Under the pieces are notes generated by a model. That model was given only the letters and a program-made list of their open reading frames with translations, had not been told where the DNA came from and did not search any database. Shown here piece after piece: positions 50,592-62,937 of a DNA stretch of 64,000 bases. A program made the translations under genes and the position numbers. Each line of letters begins with the position of its first letter. Position 1 is the stretch's first letter. The DNA lies in assembly GCA_030704615.1 (NCBI GenBank), contig CM060731.1, positions 58,032,001-58,096,000 on the forward strand, given 5' to 3'. Source of the DNA: Takakia lepidozioides (Eukaryota > Plantae > Bryophyta).

Positions 50592-52249
50592 CTGCCAAAC
50601 ACATGCTGATTAGAAAGGAGAGAGCCCATCCTTGCTCTCCTGGCTTGCTGGTCTACAATTTCAATCAAATGTCAATACATAGAAGATAAAGGTATAGAAA
50701 ACTGCAGAGATGAGGATAAAATAGTACAAGAAGGAAAACCAGACCGGGAGAAAAGAGAGGAAGTGCAAGGAATTCCCCGGAAGCTCCAAGTCCCAAACAT
50801 TACATCCAGAACATATAATCAAACAAGACCTTGTCAATTCCTGAAGTTCGCATAGAAATGGGACTTTTACAATTGCCCATCTGTCTCGCCAACATTATAT
50901 GAATGCCGCTCCCTTCCGTCATATCTCCTCGATGCAAGACCAGCAACGCACAATCTGCATTGTGGGTGAAATCTCAATCTCACCTAAGGTTAAGTTGGCA
51001 AAATAAAAGGGTTGAAATAGATGGAAATACATAACATAATTTTGGATGGGTGTTAGGGACAACTTTAAACACAAAACCAAATTATAACCGTTATTATTTG
51101 AAGATGTTAGAAGGGGAATGGAGCCCATTATTGAAAGCCCATTAATATATCCCTAATAAGCCTGTTAAGAACCTAAAAAGATAACCACCATGAAGCCCAT
51201 TATTGAAAGTGAACAAACGGAACACGTGCTAGAAGTTTAGGAGAATCGCGCCCAAATAATGACAATCAGCCAAAATTGAATCGAAATCACTTCATCTATG
51301 ATACCATTGTTTCTCAATAACTCCAGGAGGAGTCAGCAACTCACTTCTTGGTGATGGAAGCATAAGGAAGGAGACTTCTCTCGTGTTTTTCTTTCAGCAG
51401 GAGTGAAGCCAAGTTGATAATTCCTTTCTTTTTGGTCCATATCTGTTGAATTACAAAGACACAGCAACACCGCCACACACACCAACCAAAGGCAATTTTC
51501 AGGGAAGGTGTCTCACTAGCATAACTCGCCCTGAACTCATCGACGCGCCAACTACCCACCCTGGCTTTCACTTCCACGCTGCAACTACAAAAGTAAGTCT
51601 CCCGGGGACCTCTGTGCTTCTCTGCGAATTTTACCACTCGCTCCCTCTGCTTCCCCCCACCCCTTCAACTCATCATGATGTCAATTGCCTCCCCTCCTCC
51701 TCTCCTTTTCCATACCATAACCTCTCTCAATTTTCTATGTCAACGAGAGGGGAAAGAATGAAAGAGAAAGCAGAAGTTTGTTGCGACCACGGAATGCGTC
51801 ACAATGTTACCCCCAGTCTAAGAAACCCAAACATTGCTTGGCGCGATGGAGTGCCTCATGCAGGTAAGAATGCTAGTCAATTTATTCCTTGTAACTGAAG
51901 CCCACCTGCCAGGAATTTCTTCCCTACACTATCGTTTCTTATATAGTCATAGTTTATAGTAATCTTCATTCAAGACTGCCGGCGCTCTCTGAAAATGACA
52001 ACATTTATGCTCACATGTATAGCGTATCTCTAAGTGGCCATATTGTATACCTCAAGTAGCCAATCCGGGTGTTTTTTTTTTCAGAAGTTTAGAGCTCAAG
52101 TAAGGTTACTGAAGATTAAGCCAGCACCCAATGGAAGACTGCTAACCGTGTGACACTTGAGCAATTGGTGACAAAACCCTGCCAATTCCCTCACAAAACG
52201 TGTAGGGAAATTCAAAAATTCCCATTGTTTATGGTATCTCAACTCACAA

Positions 52250-52550
52250 TGCCACCACCTCTATAGGTATAACCAAAGAGGATCACTACTACATAATGAC
52301 GATACCTCTACTAGCATCATATAACTAAGTTTCTAAGTTTTCTTTGTAAATCAAGCGTTATACCCTCAACTATTGGTATACTAATCAGGGCTACTACACC
52401 TCATGACAATACCTCCACATAAATATACACTGATTTATTGTAATCAAAAATCAAACTCTATACTCTATAGGTATACCAAACAGGGAACTACCTCATGACG
52501 ATCCCTCTACCTACATATAGACTAATTTTTGACTTAGTTTCTTTGGGAAT
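52250..52550 (+). repeat. ~3 diverged units of the ~100-bp minisatellite
   Basis: ctataggtatac..aacaggg..ctacctcatgacgat.cctc, same unit as 57113-57868. Confidence 0.85.
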
Positions 52551-52595
52551 GCCAACAAATCCAATGGATCTCCAAATTCTTACTTTTTTTGGCAG

Positions 52596-55500
52596 GTTCA
52601 CAAATGCGTGCACGATATAGAAATGTCCAAACAAGATGAAGACTGGACGCACCCACTTGCAGGATATGGACCCTGGTTGTGCATCAAAAACAATGAGGAT
52701 TCTTTAGTACAAAACTTGCCACAAAATCCCATCCGCGTCGAGTAAGTGCATTTGTATGGCATATTTTGACAGCAAGGTGAGCGTTTTGCATATCCACCCA
52801 GATTTGGATCTTCTTCAAGATCAAATGTACCAGCACCACCCCAAAGCCCAAGGTCACGACGTCCAAGGTATGGCAAATGTACCAAGTCTTTGTGACCTAC
52901 TGAAATTGGGGGCTGTCAATGACTTGAATGTTTCTGTTCTCGAAAACATTTTGCGAGTCGAGAAAACAACGAAGAAGACAGCCTCAAGCATCTTCTATAT
53001 TCAACGGCGCATCCATATGCTTCCAAGGTCAACAGAGTGGTCAACCTATCGTGAGGCTTTAACGCCATTGATTTCCAACTGGGTTCCAGACAACCAGTTT
53101 GTTTTGGTCTCTCTCAAAGCAAACCTTCAGTGGGGTGGGCAAATCTATCCCGAGCCATTCTGTCTTGGAACAGTGGAGTTTCAGATTGTTGCCCACTTTG
53201 CACAACTTGAGCCTCATCATCAAACACCTACACCACGTGTGACAGGGTGTTTTTCAAACGGACCAGGAGAGCAACAGGCAAATATTTTCTCGAGCCATTG
53301 ATTCGAAAACGTGGGGCTCTATGGGGCCGATTGCCAGCAACAACATTTGTTGTTTACATCCTTGATAGCAGCGAGGTTTCATATGTTCCTGATGTAAGCA
53401 CAGTCCCAAGTGATGGAATTGTTGCTTATCAACAATTCCTAAGAAATCCACCTAAGAAGAGGGATAGAAGGTGTAGGGAGGTTGACAATGAAAGAAGGTC
53501 CAATGCCCATGGATGCGATGTGGTAGTGCACAGATCAGACCTATGGAGATTGAAGATTCTCAATCTCTGTCCTCATCAAACGATGGTGAACCTTTTCATA
53601 TGGCCCCATCACAAGTTCAAGATGTTTATGTCACCCAAGTGCCCCAAGATGTTCGAAGGGTCCAAAGGCCTTATGGTATGATAACATCTCACATTGAAGC
53701 TGATAGTACGTCACAAGTACCAAAGCGTGTCAGAGGTTCAAATGGGGTAAGGCCTTCTACGACCTGCACACCACGGATTAAACAGTGATGTGTCTTCGTT
53801 TGGATTGATGGAACAATCAAGTGGCAATATTCCGACTAGCAGCCTTGGAGATTCTGATTCAGATTTTATGAGTGAGCCGCCTCGAGGTGGATGTAGGAAC
53901 GTGCAACGGGGGAATGTCCAAGGTCACTACAATCTGGCATTACCTGCACCGCCAATCACAACAATGCATGTTGGTATGTCCTCCTCATCTAGTATGATTG
54001 TTAATGAGATGGACATAATCTCCTCAACACCCACCCATTGTACATGGGCAACTGAAGATGAAGTTCTCAACAAGATGGCAGAGACATGGATCAAACATCA
54101 AGAGGCATACTTCAAGGCATTGGGGGAACGTGATGTTAAATCTGCATATGAAGCACTCGATGTCCACAAGGATGAACAGGGATCCCAAGCTTTTTGGTCA
54201 GCTTTTGACATGTTTAAAGTTGAGCTCCATACAAATTCTTTCAATGATGAAGTGTTGGTAACGAGCTCTTTAAAAGAAAAGAGCTTCGTAGGGGTTCCAC
54301 TACATCTGAGGCTAATCTTAGTAGGGTTACTATGCACCCTTCCATGAGCATGTATAATCCTGGCGATATTCGAATTCAGTTTGAGCTCATGGCGCGACCA
54401 TTTTGGAAAGATTGGGATGCATGGGATCTAGCTATCTCTAAGTCCTCGAATGTTGGTCTATGTATCCCAACAGCAGAAGAGATTCTACAACACTACAGAC
54501 ATCAATGGAGGTTCTCTAGGTGATGAAGATCACACCTTCAGTCAAAGAATCCATGAGACATTGAAGTTATGTGCTTTTACCAAATTTTCAAGGGCCCACC
54601 TTGAGCTTATGTGTTGCTCAGACAAAATTGAGACTCACCAAGATGAGGCGACACTTTTGCAATCAAGAGAGAAGGTTGATGAAGCCATATTGAAATACCA
54701 ACGGTAATATATGAGTCAAATTGTTTTCAAGCCGTACAAAAGATGGTTGGGATTTTTCAACATCACTATTACCAAGATTCCGGTGAGTTCATGCACTGTC
54801 ATGATCGTATTTAATTTTGTAAGCTTGCTTTCACTTAGAATTAGACATTTCAAAGTTGTTGAAATTTCCGTGTTGTTTTTCAAGGTGACCCAAACGAAGG
54901 AGCTTCAAGCTTTCAACCTTCAATGGAATGAGATCAAACATGAAAGAGCTTGCTATAGACCAAAGGTTGAATTTATTCATTCCAGCGGCATTGCTGAAAG
55001 ATTGACTATTGATGAAGATGGTTTGCGTGATGCATGGCTTACAAATACTTGGAAGCAATTTTGGTCTACCTCTTTCGTAAGCAGTAAACACAAACTTTTT
55101 TCATGTCTTAAGATTATTTGTAATCTTTTGCTTTGATGCACATTTTGCATACTTAGGAATGTTTTTTGTGCTTTTTGTATTTTATGACAAACTTGAATTG
55201 TACAAGCAAAGACTGATGATTTTGTTGTTGGTTTTCAGAGCTACAATTCCATATTTGAATATCCTGATAAACTTCAAGGAAAGTTGTTGCATCCAAAATT
55301 GGATTCTGAGGTCATACGCACAGACATTCAATTGGATGCGGTGAGATTTGGATTGCAAAGTCATTTGTTTTATATTGACATGCATGAATTATTTTTGAAG
55401 ATACTCCCAGGACAGTCATTTCTTGTGTTTGAATGTTAGGTATCATTGTTGATTCTTACTATTTGTTTGTGTATATTGCAGGCCAAAATGCTAGGGCATT

Positions 55501-56320
55501 TGATCTTCATGCTCGCATCGAACGAAATGGAAGTCTCAAGACCTTTTCATTCGCAACTTTGGTCATGTTTTGTGACCAAGTCCCCGAGTCCAAAAACATG
55601 TCCGTTGGTGTGGAGTCCAAAATGAAAAAGGATTTAGAACGTGATTTTCGATTGGGCTGGGCTGCAAAATGGTCAATCTTAAATTGCCTTAGAAAATCAA
55701 GAGATGAGGCAATGAAATTGATTCGAAGACTCCAAGAGGATGAAACACATGAAGACTTGGCTTGGACATTCTCGGATTTCAATCTGACAGAAGAAAATTG
55801 GGAATATGAAGTTGAGCACAAGATTGGAGCCATTGTTTGGAGTCATCTTTTCAATGGACGCAATTTGATTGTGAAGACAATGCAAGAGGGGTTTTACATG
55901 GCTGTGGAACAAGCACCATGTGCACCCACCATAAAGGATCGAATGAAAGACAGTTTGAAAGGCATATCTCCTGATACAATGCGTGTTGTATTCAATGGTG
56001 CCTGTGCAATTGAAGCAAGTGATTTCTTGAGGAAGTGCATATTTGATGTATCTATATTGCCCCTCCAACAAAAATGGTTTCGAGATTGTGTGGATCAAAT
56101 GACCTATGCTGAGAGGTCTCGATTGGCTATTTTTATCACTGGATTGGAGTACTTTGGTGGCAAAGACATCAATATACAACTTCTAAATTGACACGACTAT
56201 CCATGCATTCAAGCAAGCACTTGCTTTCAAGTTCTATATCTTCCCCCATACAAAGATGCCTCAATGATGATGACGAAGATTAACTATTCTACCATGGATA
56301 GTAGTTATGGTCGTGCATGA
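52596..56320 (+). pseudogene. Intron-containing gene with a C-terminal HECT E3 ubiquitin-ligase domain; exons ~52596-54703, 54885-55076, 55239-55340, 55482-56320; stops and frameshifts
   Basis: N-lobe-like KVEF...IDEDGLRDAWLT; C-lobe WFRDCVDQMTYAERSRLAIFITG; after the TGA at 56189-56191 the frame continues QASTCFQVLYLPPY (catalytic Cys 56222-56224)...KINYS...SYGRA*. Confidence 0.8.
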
Positions 56321-57112
56321 CATGTGGAGGTGAAGGGTGTGAGTCATGGCTCAAACAGAGGGGTTGATTTTGTGGTATCATAGATAATTGAAATGCTCTT
56401 GGAGTGGTACTGTGAGTGTGACATCTGGTTGAATGTTAAGTGTTACATTGGGGCAAGTGTCGTTGGCCCCTTTTTGTTTGTGTTGGCTTTGGAGAGGTGC
56501 CATCTGGTTGTGGCCCAAGGATGGGAATCCATTTTTGTTGTCGGTTGTTACATTTCCAGCTGTTGGTGACTTTTGCACAGACGTCATCAATGGATGAGGA
56601 TTTTGACAGTGAGGTATAGTTGCGGTCCCCTATCTTCTTGCACCCATTAATGGAATGCTGCTATACTGCATATTTAATATGGTAAGTGGAGTACTCTACT
56701 ATAAAATGTTTACTAGCTAGTTTTACTTTCTTATGCGTTGTATGAAGTGCTCTAATATGTTTTAGTCTTGGGGGAGAGGGTGGGAGAGAGGCCCACCTGC
56801 CGTATGATTTCTGTAAAGCTTCAAGACATTATTACATTGTAAATATCAAAACATGAGAAGTATCACAGTTCAAGATTGTCTTCTTTGATCAATTGGTCAT
56901 GCCCTGTTGTTGTCCTTGAAAGCTAGTGAAATCTCACACATGTTTTAGGGTTTATCCAATGTCATATTAAGGTTTAGAAACATCCACAGCATTACACAAT
57001 TGGCAATAAGAAAGTGGGTAAGGTAACATGTGTTCACTAATTTGGGCACTCCTATGGTCTTATGCAGATATTGAGCTTTTGCTGGCGGGAAGTCATTTTT
57101 TCAGCTGCGACC

Positions 57113-57868
57113 AGGGGCATATAGACTGAATTATCTTAGGTTTCTTTGTCTTCCAGACACTATATCTCTGTAGGTAAACCAAACATGACTATTACCTCTT
57201 AACGATACCTCTACATGAATACAGCCTGATTTATCTTGAGTTTCTTTGGCTATCATGCGTTATACCTCTGTAGGTATACTAAACAGGGCAACTACCTCAT
57301 AACGATACCTCAACCTGCATATAGGCTGATTTGACCAAGTTTCTTTGTAAGTCAGGCGCTATACCTCTGGTGGTATACTAAACAGGGCTACTGTCTCATG
57401 ACGATACCTCCACATAAATATAGATTAATTTGGCCAACTTTTCTTGTAAAATGAAATACTATACCTCTGTAGATATATCAAACAGGGCTACAACCTAATG
57501 ACGATACCTCTACTAGTATATATAACTAAGTTTCTTTGTCAATGAAGTGTTATACCTCTGTCGGTATACTAATCAGGGCTACTACCTCATGACAATATCT
57601 CTACATAAATATACACTGTTTTTGATATCAAATTTATTTGTAAATCAAACGCTATACCTCTGTAGGTATACCAAACATGGAAACTACCTCATAACGATAC
57701 CCTTACCTACATATAGTCTAGTTTTCACTAAGTTTCTTTGGAATCAAGCGCTGTACCTCTGTGAGTATACCAAACAGGGCTAGTACCCAATGACGATACC
57801 TCTACCTGCATATAGACTAATTTACCAAAACTAACTAAGTTCCGTTGTAATCAAGCGCTATACCGCTA
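57113..57868 (+). repeat. ~100-bp tandem minisatellite, ~7.5 units, each opening with an exact or degenerate TATACCT-N4-AGGTATA palindrome
   Basis: Unit starts at 57161, 57261, 57360, 57460, 57551, 57653, 57752, 57859. Confidence 0.93.
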
Positions 57869-58642
57869 CACCTGCGCAAATGGCGTCCATTCAGTAGAGG
57901 TTGAAACTTGACTTGGACATCTCAAAGTAGACTCCTAACCTATCATGCCAAGTGATACCATTCATCATCATACCTGTCATACCTATCATCATCATGCCAA
58001 GTGTAAGGTTGTTGACCACTTATGTGAGAAAAACAAATGTTACATGGAAGCAAAAAAATTCTACTTTGTGGTTGTACAGGCTACAGGAGTGTTCCAGAAC
58101 CTGGAGAGATAGACCTCTCGGTGGCTATGGAAGCTATACAGCAGTTGGAGAAACCATGACTCCAATCAACAGAACACAAGTTATCAGATTTGAAACTCAA
58201 GCTACATGGCATATAAGAGACAAGGGTGCAGCTATAAGTCCTGGTTGAATATTCGTGTCTCCATGAGTGTATATTCAGATTTTTATTACTGTATGCAAAA
58301 TTCTTAGATTATGAATAGAGGGTTCTTGAAAATGAGGCAAGTTGGTCATCATTGTCTCATATGTGGGGCAGACAAAGATTGTTGGAGATAAAAGGCGGCC
58401 TCATGAGCCTCACGCTGTGCACTTCCCAATGAAACCCAACAATTTCACAACCCTCCAGAGATCGTACAACCCAGGCCCTGCCCCCAAGTAATATGGTTGG
58501 GAGATGATAATGGTTTAGGGTGTATGGTTCAATATGGACAATGGATATGATGAAGGGAAAAGATGACATTTATTTAACAAAAATCCTCAAAGTACGTGAC
58601 ATAAAACAATTATCTTTGAATGTGATTGTCCCACTTATTCAC

Positions 58643-60400
58643 TTAATCACAATTACATACAAGAGCTTGTGTAATTAAAAGTTGGAGAGCTTCCCTACTT
58701 AACACGGTATTACCAATGAGGTCCAATTGATCAAAATATCTATGTTCATGCGTTGCCAAACCACAATACCGAGACATGTAGTAGTGGAGATGAAAACAAG
58801 AGATCGAATCCTTCCCAACCTTTCCAATTTCATAAGCTTGTGCATGGACACGAACCATGTCAGGAATGAGTTCAGCTCCTTTGGTGGGAAGGTCATGCAA
58901 ACCACCTGCACATCGCCACCTTTGATTCCCACGAGGCCCCAAGTCTTGGTTACCAATATGTTGGGGGTCTTCCCTAAATCGTGGGTCATCAATAAGGTGG
59001 CTGGTCCATCTACATGATCAAACACATCACCACATTAGAATAACATTCCAATGTAAATTGTAGCTTAAGAATGAAAGTACAAACAAGAGAAAACCATGAG
59101 TTTACCCATGCAAACGTTCATACTCGCGAAAGAAACGAGCAGGAACATGTGATCGACGATATCGACCGTTTTCATTAATCGTGCGAACTCGATGTCCATT
59201 CCAAATCTTCACGTATTCATCAACAGCTTCTTGTACTATGGGCATATATACGTCAATAAAAGATTCTCGTTGCCACGGATCGTCCATATCCAATAATCCA
59301 TCATTGACCATTGCTTGGAAGCAATTTTTGTAGTAGAACATTACCTTCTCCCATAGATGCCGCCAAAAGTGTTCAATCCTCTAACGTGGTGATTACACCA
59401 CACAAAATATTAGAAATATGCACAACATTACACACTCATTAATAAAGATGAACCAAGAAATATGACAAAAACGTAAAGTTGATATGCAAGATAGAATTGT
59501 ATAGAACACTAACCTGATTGTGTGTGGAAGACCCAGTCAAGTACGGATTGGGTGTTTCAGAACGTGTGGCTTCAATGTGTTGTTTTATAAGAGAGTGCTC
59601 TACTGCAAAATCAGATCGAATTCGTAAAGGTGCTCCAAACTTGAAAACTGCATCGTGATATCATTTGAAAATGGTTTTTTCTTTCTTGTTTCTTGCAACG
59701 TTCGCCCATAAAACAAAATGAGAGGCCCCATCAATGCCAGCATGTACTCAAAGACCAAACATAACCAATTTGTCATAAGCTGCACCACAAATTGCATACA
59801 TGTTTTAGTTTGCTAGTAATGCAAGAAAACGTCTTGCATGTGCATTTTCAAAGAACATTAAGATGCATGAGATAAAATACTTACAGTCAATGTGCCATAG
59901 AGCCATAGGCATTGTCACATTATACTGAGTCCTCCGAATTGCCTGTGCCCTTCTCCTACGCTCATAATGGTAGGGTGAGATGATTTTCAAAGCTTCCCCC
60001 ACGTTCTTTCGAGGAATCCGTCAATTTGACCTCCTTAAGGCAGATTGCACTGTTCTCATTCCCCAATTTGTCCCATTCTCTTCAATAGGAAGTAACTCTT
60101 GAATCTTTTCACACAAGCGTTGGACACTCAATTGATGATGAACTTTGAAAGGAGACCCTTGGACTTCTGATAGCAATCTTCTCAATGGTCATACATCATC
60201 AAAAGAAAGGGCAGTGGCGATTGATTTCATTGTGGCACCCTCATTCAACATTGCTTCCACATAAAGTACTAAATCATCCACTACTTTGTCACCATCCAAA
60301 TGGTTGTTTTCCATGCTCACATGATCTGTCTTATCTCTGCTTAATAGCCCCAGTGCCAATGCCTTCGACCTTGCCCTTGTTGTAATTGTTTGTTGTTAAT
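58643..60400 (-). pseudogene. Intron-containing IS3/IS481-like (rve-type) DDE transposase/integrase with N-terminal HTH; exons ~60400-59885, 59779-59514, 59380-59106, 59009-58643
   Basis: Spliced translation: GATMKSIATAL..LRRLL; WGMRTVQSALR; RRTQYNVTMPMALWHID|SYDKL..HAGIDGASH; PLRIRSD; TGSSTHNQ|RIEHFW; GLLD; WNGHRVR. Three phase-compatible GT-AG introns; four in-frame TGA. Confidence 0.88.
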
Positions 60401-61160
60401 TCTGTAGTCACTGCATCCACTCACACACTCCCCATAGGACTTACGTCACTAAAGTTCACATAGGCTATCAAGTAGATGAACCAAATGTACTTTGAAACAA
60501 CAACTACTCTATCCTAAAATGTATTAGCAAACCACAGTACACAGTGTGGGCGGGTTGAAGACAAACCATGTGATCAAGCTCTTTCTTTCAGTGTGTGTGT
60601 TGAGGAGCGTTTGGTAACCCACTCTACTACCCCTAAAGTTCTCTCCTCAAAGCTCATGAGTCACCTACACGTACATAAGAAGTACAGCTTTAGCTAAAAT
60701 GATATCTTTATCAATGATTGGGGGAACTCATGCCAGTATGGGAATGTGCTTACTCATGGGCAGATCTTGTCATTTGGTGATCCAAGAAGGCTTCCATCAT
60801 ACATAGCGCCACCACCGCTCCACAAATCTCTTGTTGTTGCATTCTTCTCTCGCTACTTCTCGTCCTCCAACTGATTTGATCCTTTCACTTTTAGGGCACC
60901 TCTGCCCTAAAAAGCCTTCATCACTTCATTTCTCTCTCCATTTCCCTCGCTCTCGTACTCTCTCTCTTTCATCTCTCTCCTTTAGGCTACGCGACTCATC
61001 TCGTGACTTAGGCCTTACCACAAGCAAAGGATGGACGGGCAGCATGTATATTCAGCTTATACTCTCGTATATATATGTATATACTATGCATATACATATA
61101 CATATACATGATAATATATTATATATTATATACAAAAATAAGTTAAAAATTATAGATTAC

Positions 61161-61291
61161 AATCCAATTGAATTGTAGTCAGCAATTCAATTGAATTGCG
61201 AGTTGACAATTCAATTGAATTGCAAATTAGGGTTAGTTCAATTGAATTGCCCTTGCAATTCAATTGAATTGCGCACTGATCAAGTGAATTG
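61161..61291. repeat. TTCAATTGAA palindrome array
   Basis: Mirror of 32341-32541 with fewer units. Confidence 0.9.
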
Positions 61292-61749
61292 CAATGCATT
61301 TCACATCAAGGCCTTTTTGGAATTCCCTACAAGTTCTGATACCTGCTACAACGAGTCTCTAAAGCATCCCTCCAGCAGGAACAATGTGGCAGTTGGCAGG
61401 CTGATGATAGGTAGTCTCAATCGTTCTTCAGTTTACTACTGCACTTCTCCGGACCTGACCGCATTTCTCGCTTAGGATTTCTTACCTCTTCTCCCCTCCC
61501 CTGCTTTCTCGAGTTATCTGGCTGATCCTTTCGGGCTTAGCAAAGTCTCCCGACCCCCCTCCCCCACCCCTTTACAACCCCCTCCTCATTTTTACCATTC
61601 TCCCTTACCGCTCTCATCTCTTTTCCTCCTCAGTACTTTAGCTAGTTTGCTTAAAAGGGCTTCTGTCCCCTTTTCTAAAAAATAAAAATAAAAATAAAAT
61701 CAAAAAATAAAATCAGCCAAACCCGGTGGACGTCACATCAACACACGGC

Positions 61750-61955
61750 ACCAACAGTCAATAGCTCAGTTGGTTAAGTGCACTGAGTGCCACCCAAATG
61801 ATTCTGGGGTTAAATCTTGCTACTTGACGGGTGTAGTATTCTCTTCTCCCCTTTCTCTTGTTCGTCTCCATGGCGAGGTTATGATTTGTGAGTTGTCGCT
61901 CTCAGATGTTTCCCTAAATTTTCAAAAAAAAAAAAAAACACACACACACACACAG
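61750..61955 (+). mobile_element. tRNA-derived SINE with poly(A)+(CA)n tail, present only in the right arm
   Basis: A-box TAGCTCAGTTGG; the left arm has the empty site acacacggc|tgtccc. Confidence 0.75.
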
Positions 61956-61972
61956 GGGGCTGTCCGAAAGGT

Positions 61973-62636
61973 GGACAACCATTTAGGCGATAATTAATTC
62001 AAAATGAAAGTGCCTAATCAATTCTGTGAATTTCTTAGATTTTGGCCTAATTGCTGGGAAATTATGGGACCAAAGTGCCTAATGCCCAAAAATTCCACCA
62101 AAAAAGATCAAAATTTCTTTGAACAAAAATCAATACAAATATATGCGTGCGGAAATAACTAGCCTACCAGCCTAGCACAACTCAAGAGTACCATTATGTA
62201 AGAGGTTTCACCATGCACCAGCATATCAATATGAAAACGAGTGTACCCAACCCAATGACCAATGTACCGAAGTCCTGCACCAATGTGCCTACGCCAGTGT
62301 GGACTATCAATATTGAACTCACCTAAAGTGTGAGAGCGAAGGGAGAGCTTGCCCACACCAACTTGAGCCTTGGAGCACCGCGCACAACAAGGAGGGGCAT
62401 TTGTAGGGTTTCAAAGGAAATGAAAGGTAGCTGGAGCTTGGAAGGGCCCATGGGCATTGGGTGTCTATTTTGAAATTTTATTCTAAAGAAAATAAATGTT
62501 TTCTCTTCTCATGTGCCTAATTCTAAAAAATTATAGCATGAAGATGCCTAATTTGAGAAATTGTTTTCAAAACATGCCTAATTTCTTGATTGATTGAATT
62601 TATTATTAGGCGCAAAAATGCCTAAAAGATTGTCCA
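61973..62636. mobile_element. AT-rich insertion with imperfect inverted ends (MITE-like), present only in the right arm
   Basis: GGACAACCATTTAGGC ... GCCTAAAAGATTGTCC; recurring GCCTAA motifs; absent from the left arm at ~30895. Confidence 0.6.
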
Positions 62637-62937
62637 GGGACGGTATTGCATGCCTTGGGAAAGTGGCAATTGCATGTGGGGCCCATTTGGCAAAACCGCA
62701 TTTGGCCCCTGACCACTGCCCCCTTGGAAGTGCACAGTAATATCCTTGTTCAAAGTTCGGTAAAAGCACACGTTTCTTGAGCAGAGTTTGGAGTTCGTTG
62801 TTCCTCATCGTGTAGAGCCCAATGGAGCCCAACACAACTTGCATGAATGTTGTTGAAAGCTCACTAGCACCCCTCAGTAAAGGACCATGTCAACATGTTG
62901 ATGCTGCCGGATTTTCGAGCACAAACCTCTACCTTGG

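Noticed and set aside
51737-51862. Possible first exon of the HECT-domain gene (CAG|GTAAG donor)
   Set aside because: No frame joins to 52596 without stops, so it cannot be supported; if real, it would move the element's left end upstream of 52201.
57113-57868. CRISPR-like appearance (palindromic conserved half plus variable half)
   Set aside because: The variable halves are homologous to each other (gtttctttg core), there are no cas genes, and the context is eukaryotic; it is a minisatellite.
56189-60200. In-frame TGA codons in the HECT and integrase genes as recoding (selenocysteine, readthrough, U-to-C editing)
   Set aside because: The HECT gene also has frameshifts. CGA>TGA deamination in methylated TE DNA explains several stops more simply, and plant U-to-C editing is organellar.
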